Assembly: GCA_963784945.1 (NCBI GenBank)
Contig: CAWATN010000013.1
Location: 91,742 to 155,741 of the forward strand
Direction: 5' to 3'
Length of the DNA: 64,000 nucleotides
DNA from: an uncultured Thermoleophilia bacterium
GTDB lineage: Bacteria > Actinomycetota > Thermoleophilia > Gaiellales > Gaiellaceae
Shown: positions 24,769-33,500 of the stretch, piece after piece
Numbering within the stretch: the first letter of the stretch is position 1
Layout of the letters: every line of letters starts with the position of its first letter
Notes under the pieces: model-generated
Told to the model about the DNA's origin: nothing
The model's database searches: none
Seen by the model: only the letters and a program-made list of their open reading frames with translations
Program-made: the position numbers and the translations under genes

Positions 24769-25498
24769 GACCGGCGTGTCGCGCCGGTCCCGAACGCTGT
24801 GCGCGACTGCAGTCGGTGCGGTGTGCCTCGCCCTCGTCTCGACGGCGTCCGCGTCCGCCCCGGTGACATACGTCACGCCGACGGCGATCGCAGCGAAGAT
24901 CCGTGGTCTCGTTCCGCAGATCCCCACCGACAACACGAGCCCGCCCTCGACCATCACGGCAACGTCCTGCAAAGGTCTTCCCCCCGCCCGTCAGCAGAAG
25001 TTCACGACGTTCCGCTGCTCGGCGACGTGGAGCCATGGACATGCGACGATCTGGGCTCGGGCACTCCCGGGCGGGACGTATTGCGCCAGCAGCACGGGGC
25101 TGGCCTCCTGCCCACCGGGACCTGCGGTCACGGGCGATCCCCGGATTTGCACGAATGCGCCCGCTCCGCCGACCGCCGACCCGAACCGCTGCGCGCTCGC
25201 TGCAACCGAGATCGCGATCGTCCGAGCGATGCCGATCAACTTCAACGATCCCGGGTGGACGATCAGGAACGTCTCTTGCACAGGGTCGAACTTGAGCCGG
25301 AAGTGCACCTTCTCGAGCCACACCGCGTACGGCATCTACTACACGAGTGCGATCGGCTTCGCGCAAGTCGACGGCGCCTGGACGGCGACGATCGTCACGA
25401 CCGGTGGCGGCGGGACGTCCACGTGCTTGGTCCTCCCCGGCCCACCGGCGGGGCGCTCTCGCTGGACGACAGGCCCAGCACCGACCTGCACGAAGTAG
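24752..25498 (+). CDS. secreted cysteine-rich hypothetical protein
   Basis: The signal-peptide-like N-terminus is RRSRTLCATAVGAVCLALVSTASASA, and the mature part has about a dozen Cys. The gene overlaps the tadG 3' end by 17 nt on the same strand. Confidence 0.5.
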   Translation: MTPSTRTGVSRRSRTLCATAVGAVCLALVSTASASAPVTYVTPTAIAAKIRGLVPQIPTDNTSPPSTITATSCKGLPPARQQKFTTFRCSATWSHGHATIWARALPGGTYCASSTGLASCPPGPAVTGDPRICTNAPAPPTADPNRCALAATEIAIVRAMPINFNDPGWTIRNVSCTGSNLSRKCTFSSHTAYGIYYTSAIGFAQVDGAWTATIVTTGGGGTSTCLVLPGPPAGRSRWTTGPAPTCTK

Positions 25499-25590
25499 GC
25501 ACCCGACCGGACCCGTAGGGGCGACGCGAAGCGTGGCCCTCCCCGTCTCCCCTGCCTTCCACGTCTTCCGTCTTCCCCGCTCGTCGTCGT

Positions 25591-26574
25591 TCAGCCCTCG
25601 CAGGCTGCGAGCAACCCCTGGATGTAGCCGATCGCATGAAGGCGCCCGAGCGTCGGGTACCCCGGCACGAGCGTCGTGTCCCCAGCGAGCGCCGGCGAGT
25701 GATCCGTACGCAAGGGGGCGTCGACGCCGGCGGCGAGATAGGCGCGAATACAGGCCGCCATGTCGGTGGGGCCTTCGTCGACGAACGTCTCCACGAACCG
25801 CTCCGGCGTTCCTCTGACGTCGCGGAAATGAACGAACTGAATGCGACCTGCTTCGCCGAACCGCGCGATCGCGGCCGGGAGATCAGGGGTCATCAACGCC
25901 ACGTTCCCCTGACACAGGGTCATCCCGTTCGCAGGGCTCGGCTGCAGGTCGAAGACGCGGTCGTAGGCGTCGAGGGAGCGGATGATCCGACCGATCCCAC
26001 GTACGGGCGAGAGCGGAGGATCATCGGGATGCAACGCCAGGCTGACGCCCGCGTCCTCGGCAACCGGGATTGCGCGCTCGAGGAACCAGGCAAGCGCTTC
26101 CCAGAGCCGCTCCTCCTCGACGGGAGCGCCCGGAGCCGGAGGCCCGTCCTTCCAGACGGCTGCGTCGAAACCCGTCACCTCGGCACCACCACGCCCGGGC
26201 CTTGCGACCGAGGTTCGCGACCACGGGACGACGGCCATCCAGTTGTAACACCACACCGTGATTCCGAGCCTGCCCATCGTCCGCAACAGCTCGAGCACCG
26301 TCTCGAGCTCCTCCTCGCGGCCGGGGAGCCCGAGCCGGAGCCTGTCCATCGGCGGGTTGTCCTCGATCACGGTCAGGCGGAGCCCTGCGTCCTCGATCTG
26401 CTGTCGGTACAGCGCGAGCGGGCCATACTCCCACGGCTGCTCGGGCGCATGCGCACGCCAGTCCACGAACCCGCGCGGTAGGACTCCCGTAGCCTCCTCG
26501 ACCCCGAGCTGACGCAGCTGTGTCCAGGTCGGAGCCGCACGGGGCTCGAGCAGGATCTCGGCGAGGCGCAGCAC
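25591..26574 (-). CDS. uxuA: mannonate dehydratase
   Basis: The C-terminal block reads FVHFRDVRGTPERFVETFVDEGPTDMAACIRAYLAAGVDAPLRTDHSP...PGYPTLGRLHAIGYIQGL. That block and the overall length match UxuA. Confidence 0.75.
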   Translation of the reverse strand: MLRLAEILLEPRAAPTWTQLRQLGVEEATGVLPRGFVDWRAHAPEQPWEYGPLALYRQQIEDAGLRLTVIEDNPPMDRLRLGLPGREEELETVLELLRTMGRLGITVWCYNWMAVVPWSRTSVARPGRGGAEVTGFDAAVWKDGPPAPGAPVEEERLWEALAWFLERAIPVAEDAGVSLALHPDDPPLSPVRGIGRIIRSLDAYDRVFDLQPSPANGMTLCQGNVALMTPDLPAAIARFGEAGRIQFVHFRDVRGTPERFVETFVDEGPTDMAACIRAYLAAGVDAPLRTDHSPALAGDTTLVPGYPTLGRLHAIGYIQGLLAACEG

Positions 26575-26698
26575 AGGAGAGACCGTACCTCGTCGGGCTC
26601 ACACGGCCGGAGCCGGCTCGTCCTCCGGGGCAGGTGGCGTCGCTTCTACCCGTCTAGCGGCATCGACCACACACGCGCCCGCGATGTGCTTGGCGCGC

Positions 26699-27259
26699 CT
26701 ACCTATCTCGTGGCGAGGTCGGAGCGAGCGAAACCGCAGCGCCCGAGAGCCGGAGTTCCCTCGCGGCAGCGCTCGTGCGCTCGTCCCAGGTGACTGCGGA
26801 CTCCGGAAGAAACCGCACGACGATGTCGTCTGATGCGAGAAACGCCGCTGCAGCTGGAAGGCGCTCACCGACCGGCGTGACGTACCGACGGTGGACGAGC
26901 TCGACGAGCTCCGTCGCATCCCCACCTTCGACGAGCTCCACACGACCACGGATCGACACACCGCATACCTCGAACCCCGGCCGCGAATCGTGTAGGACGA
27001 GGGTTGCGCGCGGTTCACGTCGGAGGTTCTGCACTTTGCGGCTCCTGCTCCCCGTGGCAAACACGATCGCTTCGCCGTCAGAGGCATACCAGAGCGGAAT
27101 CGCGTGCACCGTGCTGTTCGGTTCGAGCGTCGCGAGCACGCCGACGAGGCGCGCCGCAAGCAGCTCCTGGACGAGCGGATCCGCAAGGATTGCTCGTCCT
27201 CTCAGCTCGCGACTCTGCTCCGGCGAGCCCGTCACTGCCGGACGTTTCGCAGCCTGCAA
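26699..27259 (-). CDS. pyridoxamine 5'-phosphate oxidase family protein
   Basis: The segment LVGVLATLEPNSTVHAIPLWYASDGEAIVFATGSRSRKVQNLRREPRATLV matches the PPOX-like split-barrel pattern. Confidence 0.65.
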   Translation of the reverse strand: MQAAKRPAVTGSPEQSRELRGRAILADPLVQELLAARLVGVLATLEPNSTVHAIPLWYASDGEAIVFATGSRSRKVQNLRREPRATLVLHDSRPGFEVCGVSIRGRVELVEGGDATELVELVHRRYVTPVGERLPAAAAFLASDDIVVRFLPESAVTWDERTSAAARELRLSGAAVSLAPTSPRDR

Positions 27260-27272
27260 TCAGGGGCTTGAC

Positions 27273-27686
27273 TCATTCCGCGTCGGCGTCGACCGGGTCC
27301 TCGTCCTCCGCGAGGCGCCGCTGCAATACGCTGCGGGAGAGGACTCCGACGAGGCGGCCGCGCTCGACGACCGGGACGCGCTCGGCGTCGTGCTCCTCGA
27401 GAAAGCGGAACGCATCGTCGAGCGGAGTGTCCGCGTCGATCGTGTAATACGGCTCCTCGGCGAGGGCGCCGATCGTCGTCAATCTGGCGTCGAGGCCGGC
27501 GGCCACGACCTTGGCGACGAGCGTCTTCCTCGTCAACACACCCGTGAGGGCGCCGGCGGCGTCGACCACATAGACCGCTCGCACCTCGGAAGGAGTCAGC
27601 ACCTGACCCGCCTCCTGAGCGGAGGCCGTGCCGGGCAGCGAGCGTGGATCGACGATCATCGCGTCGCGGACGAGGTCGGTCGTCAT
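27273..27686 (-). CDS. CBS domain pair protein
   Basis: The 137-aa product has two CBS repeats (...VRAVYVVDAAGALTGVLTRKTLV ... ERVPVVERGRLVGVLSRSVL). Its ATG overlaps the gdh stop (ATGA). Confidence 0.8.
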   Translation of the reverse strand: MTTDLVRDAMIVDPRSLPGTASAQEAGQVLTPSEVRAVYVVDAAGALTGVLTRKTLVAKVVAAGLDARLTTIGALAEEPYYTIDADTPLDDAFRFLEEHDAERVPVVERGRLVGVLSRSVLQRRLAEDEDPVDADAE

Positions 27687-28969
27687 GGGTAGAGCCCCCG
27701 GGCCTCGAGCGCCGCTCCCACGTCACGAATTCCGGCCACGAGCGCAGACGTGCGTAACGTCAGGTTCTTCTCCGCAGAGACCTCCCAGACACGGTCGAAG
27801 GCGTCGTTCAACTTCTCCGCGAGCTTCGCGCGGATCTCGTCGCGCCCCCAGAACAGCCGGCCGAGATCCTGAACCCATTCGAAATACGAGACAGTGACCC
27901 CTCCGGCGTTCGTCAGGATGTCGGGCAGAATCGGAATCAGCCGCTCGCTCAGGATCGCATCGGCCTCGAGGGAGATCGGACCGTTCGCTCCCTCCGCAAT
28001 CAACCGGCACCGCAGTAGCGGTGCATTCGTCAACGTGACCTGATTCTCGCGGGCTGCGAGCACGAGGATGTCGCATTCGAGCTCGAGCAGCTCCTCGTTC
28101 GAGACGCGAGCACCCGTGGCCCAGCCCTCGAGTGAGCCGTGCTCCTTGGCGTACGCGCTCATCGTCGGAATGTCGAGCCCGGCCGAGTCGAACACACCGC
28201 CCGAGATGTCGGAGACCGCGAGCACTGTGGCACCGCGCTCGACGAGCTCTTGCGCCGCTATCCCTCCCACGTTCCCGAATCCCTGCACGACGCATCGCTG
28301 CTCGCTCAACTTCCAACCGAGCCGCTCGCATGCTCGCGCGATCGTCATCACAACCCCTGCGCCGGTCGCCTCGTGTCGAAAGACCGACCCGCCGATCGAG
28401 ATCGGCTTCCCGGTCACGATCTCCGGAACGGCGTGACCCATCTGCATCGAGTACGTGTCCATCATCCAGGCCATCGTCTGCTCGTTCGTCGCCATATCCG
28501 GAGCCGGAATGTCTTCCTTGGGCCCGATGATCGGCAGGAGCTCCGACGTGAAGCGTCGCGTCAGCCTCTCGAGCTCGCCAGGCGACATCTGCCGTGGGTT
28601 ACAGCGGACGCCGCCCTTGGCGCCGCCATACGGCAGGCGAAGGAGCGCGCACTTCCACGTCATCCAGACGGCGAGTGCGGCGCACTCCCCGAGGCTGACC
28701 TCGCTGTCGTAGCGGATGCCACCCTTCGTCGGCCCGAGCACACTGGAGTGCTGCACGCGATAGCCAGGGAAGACGACACGGCGGCCGTCGTCCAGGCGCA
28801 CCGGGCAGCTGACAATGAAGGCACGCTCCGGGTAGCGAAGTCGCTCGGCTACATCCGGGTCGATGCCGGCATGCGGTACCGCCTGGTCGTACTGGGCCAC
28901 CGCTGTGCGATAGAGCGGTGAATCCCACTCCATCGGCTCGTGGACGTCAGCCTCATGAATACTCGCCAT
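27683..28969 (-). CDS. gdhA: Glu/Leu/Phe/Val-family glutamate dehydrogenase
   Basis: Motifs present are GPTKGGIRY, LPYGGAKGG and the Rossmann motif VQGFGNVG. The ATG at 28969 gives a 428-aa product. Confidence 0.9.
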   Translation of the reverse strand: MASIHEADVHEPMEWDSPLYRTAVAQYDQAVPHAGIDPDVAERLRYPERAFIVSCPVRLDDGRRVVFPGYRVQHSSVLGPTKGGIRYDSEVSLGECAALAVWMTWKCALLRLPYGGAKGGVRCNPRQMSPGELERLTRRFTSELLPIIGPKEDIPAPDMATNEQTMAWMMDTYSMQMGHAVPEIVTGKPISIGGSVFRHEATGAGVVMTIARACERLGWKLSEQRCVVQGFGNVGGIAAQELVERGATVLAVSDISGGVFDSAGLDIPTMSAYAKEHGSLEGWATGARVSNEELLELECDILVLAARENQVTLTNAPLLRCRLIAEGANGPISLEADAILSERLIPILPDILTNAGGVTVSYFEWVQDLGRLFWGRDEIRAKLAEKLNDAFDRVWEVSAEKNLTLRTSALVAGIRDVGAALEARGLYP

Positions 28970-29072
28970 GGCGCCGCAGTCTATTGCGTGCGGGCACGCG
29001 CAGCGTGCTTGCACTCGGTGCAACCGGGCCGTAGGCTCGCGCCGCACAGCCCATCTTCAACGGGGGTCATCG

Positions 29073-29450
29073 ATGTTCGAGACCGAGAGCAGCGACGTGG
29101 CACTCGACCCGGTTGCGGTCGGGACGCTGCTGGAGATGATCGGGGACGATCAAGAGATGATCGGGGAGATCGTCGATGCGTTTCTCGAGGACGCCCCCGA
29201 ACGTCTGGCCGAGATCGCGAATGGGCTCGCTGTCGGTGATGCCGACCTCGTGCGCCGCGCTGCCCACACGCTGAAGGGGAACGGCCTGACGTTCGGCGCG
29301 ACTGCCTTCGCACACGCTTGCCGGGAGCTGGAAGACGCCGCCAGGACCGAGCAGCTCGACGCAGCGGCCCCGCTGGCAATGGAGGTCGAGCGCACCTGGT
29401 CGGCTGTCCGCCCGGAAATCCAGGAGCTGGCAGCCGGAAGACGCCCGTGA
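29073..29450 (+). CDS. Hpt (histidine phosphotransfer) domain protein
   Basis: The 125-aa product has FLEDAPERLAEI...RRAAHTLKGNGLTFGA, with the conserved HxxKG phosphorylation motif. Confidence 0.8.
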   Translation: MFETESSDVALDPVAVGTLLEMIGDDQEMIGEIVDAFLEDAPERLAEIANGLAVGDADLVRRAAHTLKGNGLTFGATAFAHACRELEDAARTEQLDAAAPLAMEVERTWSAVRPEIQELAAGRRP

Positions 29451-30532
29451 GCGGCGGCGAGCCGGGAACCGTGCTCGTCGTCGACGACGACCGGGTCAAC
29501 CGGATGCTGCTGACACGGAGCCTCGAGGCGGAGGGCCATTCCGTCGCGACCGCAGCGAACGGAAGCGAAGCGCTCGAGCTCCTCGAGGGCGACCTGCCGG
29601 ACGTGATCCTGCTGGACATCCTGATGCCGGTGCTGGACGGGTTCGCTGTTCTCGACCACGTCAAGGGCGATGCTCGCCTGCGCGAGATCCCCGTGATCAT
29701 GATCTCGGCCGTCGACGAGATGGACAGCGTCGTACGTTGCATCGAGGCGGGAGCAGAGGACTACCTCCCGAAGCCCTTCGATCCCACCCTCCTGCGCGCC
29801 CGGATCAACGCCGGGCTGATGAAGCGCCGGCTCGGCCAGGTCGAGCGCGAGCGTGTGCGTGACGTGTTTGCCCGATTCCTCCCGGAGACCGTCGTCGACG
29901 AGGTCATGCGCGATACCCACGGCGAGCCGCGGCTGGGCGGCGTCCGGCTCGTCGGCACCGTCCTCTTCAGCGATCTCCGTGGCTTCACGACGTTCGCCGA
30001 GCAGACTGCGCCGGACGTCGTCGTCGATGTCCTCAACCACTACTTCAGTGAGATGAGCGATGCGATCCTCGACAACGGCGGCACCCTCCTCGGCTTCCTC
30101 GGCGATGGGATCCTTGCCGTGTTCGGCGCCCCGATCGCGTCGGACGACCATGCAGACCGCGCCCTCGTCGTCGCACGGCAGATGCTCTACGAGCGGCTCC
30201 CCCGGTTCAACGCGTGGGCTCGTTCGGAATTCGGTGACGGCGCCGACTTCCGGATGGGGATCGGCGTCAGCAGTGGGCCGTTCATGTCTGGCAACGTCGG
30301 CTCGTCGCGACGGCTCGAGTACACGGCGATCGGCGATCCGGTCAACACGGCCGCCCGCCTGCAGGACCTGACGAAGGTGTTGCAGCGCCCCGTGCTCGTT
30401 TCCGATGCGACCCGGGCGTTGTTACAGGGCGGCGAGGGCGGCCTCGAGTTCGTCGACGACCACGACGTTCGCGGAAAGAAGGAGCGCATCAAAGTGTGGA
30501 CGCTCGCGGCGACGCAGGAGCGCGACCTGTGA
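29447..30532 (+). CDS. response regulator receiver fused to a class III nucleotidyl cyclase
   Basis: The GTG at 29447 overlaps the Hpt stop (GTGA). The receiver reads VLVVDDDRVNR...DVILLDILMPVLDG...KPF. The cyclase elements are TVLFSDLRGFT, GFLGDGILAVFGAP and IGDPVNTAARL. Confidence 0.85.
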   Translation: MSGGEPGTVLVVDDDRVNRMLLTRSLEAEGHSVATAANGSEALELLEGDLPDVILLDILMPVLDGFAVLDHVKGDARLREIPVIMISAVDEMDSVVRCIEAGAEDYLPKPFDPTLLRARINAGLMKRRLGQVERERVRDVFARFLPETVVDEVMRDTHGEPRLGGVRLVGTVLFSDLRGFTTFAEQTAPDVVVDVLNHYFSEMSDAILDNGGTLLGFLGDGILAVFGAPIASDDHADRALVVARQMLYERLPRFNAWARSEFGDGADFRMGIGVSSGPFMSGNVGSSRRLEYTAIGDPVNTAARLQDLTKVLQRPVLVSDATRALLQGGEGGLEFVDDHDVRGKKERIKVWTLAATQERDL

Positions 30533-33500
30533 CCGACGAGGCGCCCCTGTCAGAGGTCGACCTCCTGCGGCTGCACGTTGCCGAGGTCGAGGCGCGCGAG
30601 GCAGCACTACTCCGCCTCGCCGAGGCGGCGAGCGACGCCCGTGACATGCGCGAGTTCTATGCCACCGTGCACGCCGCGGTCGCCGAGCTGATCACGGCGA
30701 CCAACTTCTACATCGCGCTACACGACCAGGAGCGAAACCTGATCAACTTCCCCTACTACGTCGACGAGGTGGACGACGACGTTCCGAACCCGGACGCGTG
30801 GGACCCGATCGGCGAAGGGTTCGGGTCGGGGCTGACGGCGTACGTGCTGCGGACCGGGAAGCCCGTGCTCGTCGACCAGGAACGGAACGCGGCGCTGATC
30901 GAAGCAGGAGAGGTCGCCTCGGTGGGCGCCGACTCGCTCGACTGGATCGGGATCCCGCTGCGCGCCGAGGGGAAGACGCTCGGCGTGCTGGCCGTGCAGA
31001 CCTACGACGAGAACGTCCGTTTCGACGAGAAGGACCGCGACGTCCTCGCCCAGATCGGCCAGCATGTTGCAGCCGCACTCGAACGCGTCCGTCTCCACGA
31101 GGAGACGCGCCAGCATCTCCGCGAGCTCAAGGCCGTCAACCGGATCGGCCAGGCACTCGCCGCACAGCTCGGCCTCGACGGGTTGATAGCGCTCGTCGGC
31201 ACCCTGATCGAGGAGATCTTCTCCGCCGACATCACCTACATCGCGTTCCTCGACGCAGCGACGGACATGATCGCGTTCCCCTTCTTCAGCGAGATCGGCG
31301 TGCCGGCGGAGCGTCCGGGCGTCCCCCTCGGCGACGGGCCGACGTCGCGTGTGCTGCGCTCGGATGAGCCGCTGCTGTTGCACGGGAGCGCCGAGTTCGG
31401 CAAGGTCGGTGAGCGGCTCGTGGGTACCGACGAGGGCTCGTATCTCGGCGTGCCGATCCTCTCCGGCAGCCGGGCCATCGGCGTGCTTTCGGTGCAGACG
31501 ACCGTCAGCGACTCGCGCTACGGCGAGACCGACGCGAGGCTCCTCGCAACCGTCGCAGCCGGTGTCGCCATCGGCATCCAGAACGCACGGCTGCTCGAGT
31601 CGCAGCGCGCGTCGGAGAAGCGCTACCGCGAGCTCGTCGAGTCGATCCCCATCGCCGTCTACCGGTCGTCGGTGGATGCGCGAAACGCCTCCGAGTACAT
31701 GAGCGAGCGGGCCGTCGCGATCTTCGGCTACCCGGTCGATGCCTGGTACGACGAAGACTTCTTCGCCTCGATCCTCCACCCAGACGACTACGACTGGGTG
31801 CTCGCCGAAAACGATCTGGAGCCGACCGAGGACGATAGCGTCTGGGTGAGCGAATATCGTGTGATCGCCGCCGACGGACGCACCGTGTGGGTACGTGACG
31901 AGTCGTGGACGGTGCGGGGGGACGACGGCACGCCCCAGTTCGTGCAGGGCTGCATGATCGACGTCACCGAACAGAAGCAGGCGCAGCTCGAGCTTGCCGC
32001 CGCCTCGGATGCGCTCCGCCAGGCAGAGCAGCAGTCACGCCGCCTGATCGAGGAGTTGCCGATGGCGGTCTACACGGACAAGCCCGATACGACGTCCACC
32101 TCCACGTACATCAGCCCTCGGGTCGAGGCCATGTTCGGCTATCCCCGGGAGGCCTGGATGCAGGAGACGTTCTTCGCCTCGGTTGTGCACCCAGATGACT
32201 ACGAGCGGGTCGTCGAGAAAGGGGCCATCGACCTGAGCGGCTCGGATGAGAGCGCGACCCAGGAGTATCGGCTGATTGCGGCCGACGGGAGGGTCGTCTG
32301 GGTGCGGGACGACCAGTGGATCGTCAGGGACGAGCAGGGCGAGCCACTGCACATCCAGGGCTTCCTGATCGACATCACCGCCCAGCACGAGGCCGCGCTC
32401 GAGATCCGCCGCCAGAAGCAGTACTTCGAGTCGCTCGTCGAGGTCAGCCCTGTCGCGGTCGTCGTCACCGACCGCGACGAACGCATCAGCGGCTGGAACC
32501 CTGCTGCCACCCAGCTCTTCGGCTACGAGGCGGACGAGGCGATCGGGCAGGTGATCGACGTCCTGCTGCTGCAGTCCAAGGGACTCGTCGACGAGGGGCA
32601 CGCCGTAACCGAAGAGGCGCTCGCGCGGGGGCGGGCCCAGCGAATCACCCAGCGGACACGCAAGGACGGGTCGCTCGTCGACGTGGAGATGCTGATGGTG
32701 TCCCTCCTGATCGAGGGTGAGCACATCGGCTACTACGTCATGTACCACGACATCGGCGACCTGCAGCGGGCGCGGAAGGAGGCCGAGGCGGCGACGCAGG
32801 TGAAGAGCGCGTTCCTCGCGACGATGAGCCACGAGATCCGGACGCCGATGAACGCCGTGATCGGGATGACGGGGCTCCTGCTCGACACCAACCTCGACGA
32901 CGAGCAGAAGGGCTTCGCCCAGGTGATCTCCACGAGCGGCGACGCCCTTCTCCACATAATCGACGACATCCTCGACTACTCGAAGATCGAGGCGGGGAGG
33001 CTCGAACTCGACGTCAGGCCCTTCGACTTGCGCGAGTGCGTCGAGGCGGCGCTCGAGATCCTCGCACCGCGCGCCGCGACGAAGAACGTCGAGCTCGGCT
33101 GCCTGTTCGGCGACGACGTCCCGGTTGCAGTCAGCGGAGATGCGGGCCGGCTACGCCAGGTCCTGCTCAACCTGCTCTCGAACGCCGTCAAGTTCACCGA
33201 CCAGGGCGAGATCGTGGTGCGTGTGGAACGAGGGGCAGGCGACGTCGTCCGGCTCGACGTGCGTGATACGGGAATCGGGATCCCTGCCGACCGGATCGAT
33301 CGTCTCTTCGAGTCGTTCAGCCAGGTCGACGCCTCGATCACGCGCCGTTACGGCGGCACCGGTCTCGGACTGGCGATCTCGAAGCGTCTGGCGGAGCTGA
33401 TGGGAGGCACGATCACGGTCGAGAGCGAGGCGGGCAGCGGCTCGACCTTCGGCCTCACGATCGTGGCGCCCGAGACGGATGCAGTGCCGCAGCCGCGCTA

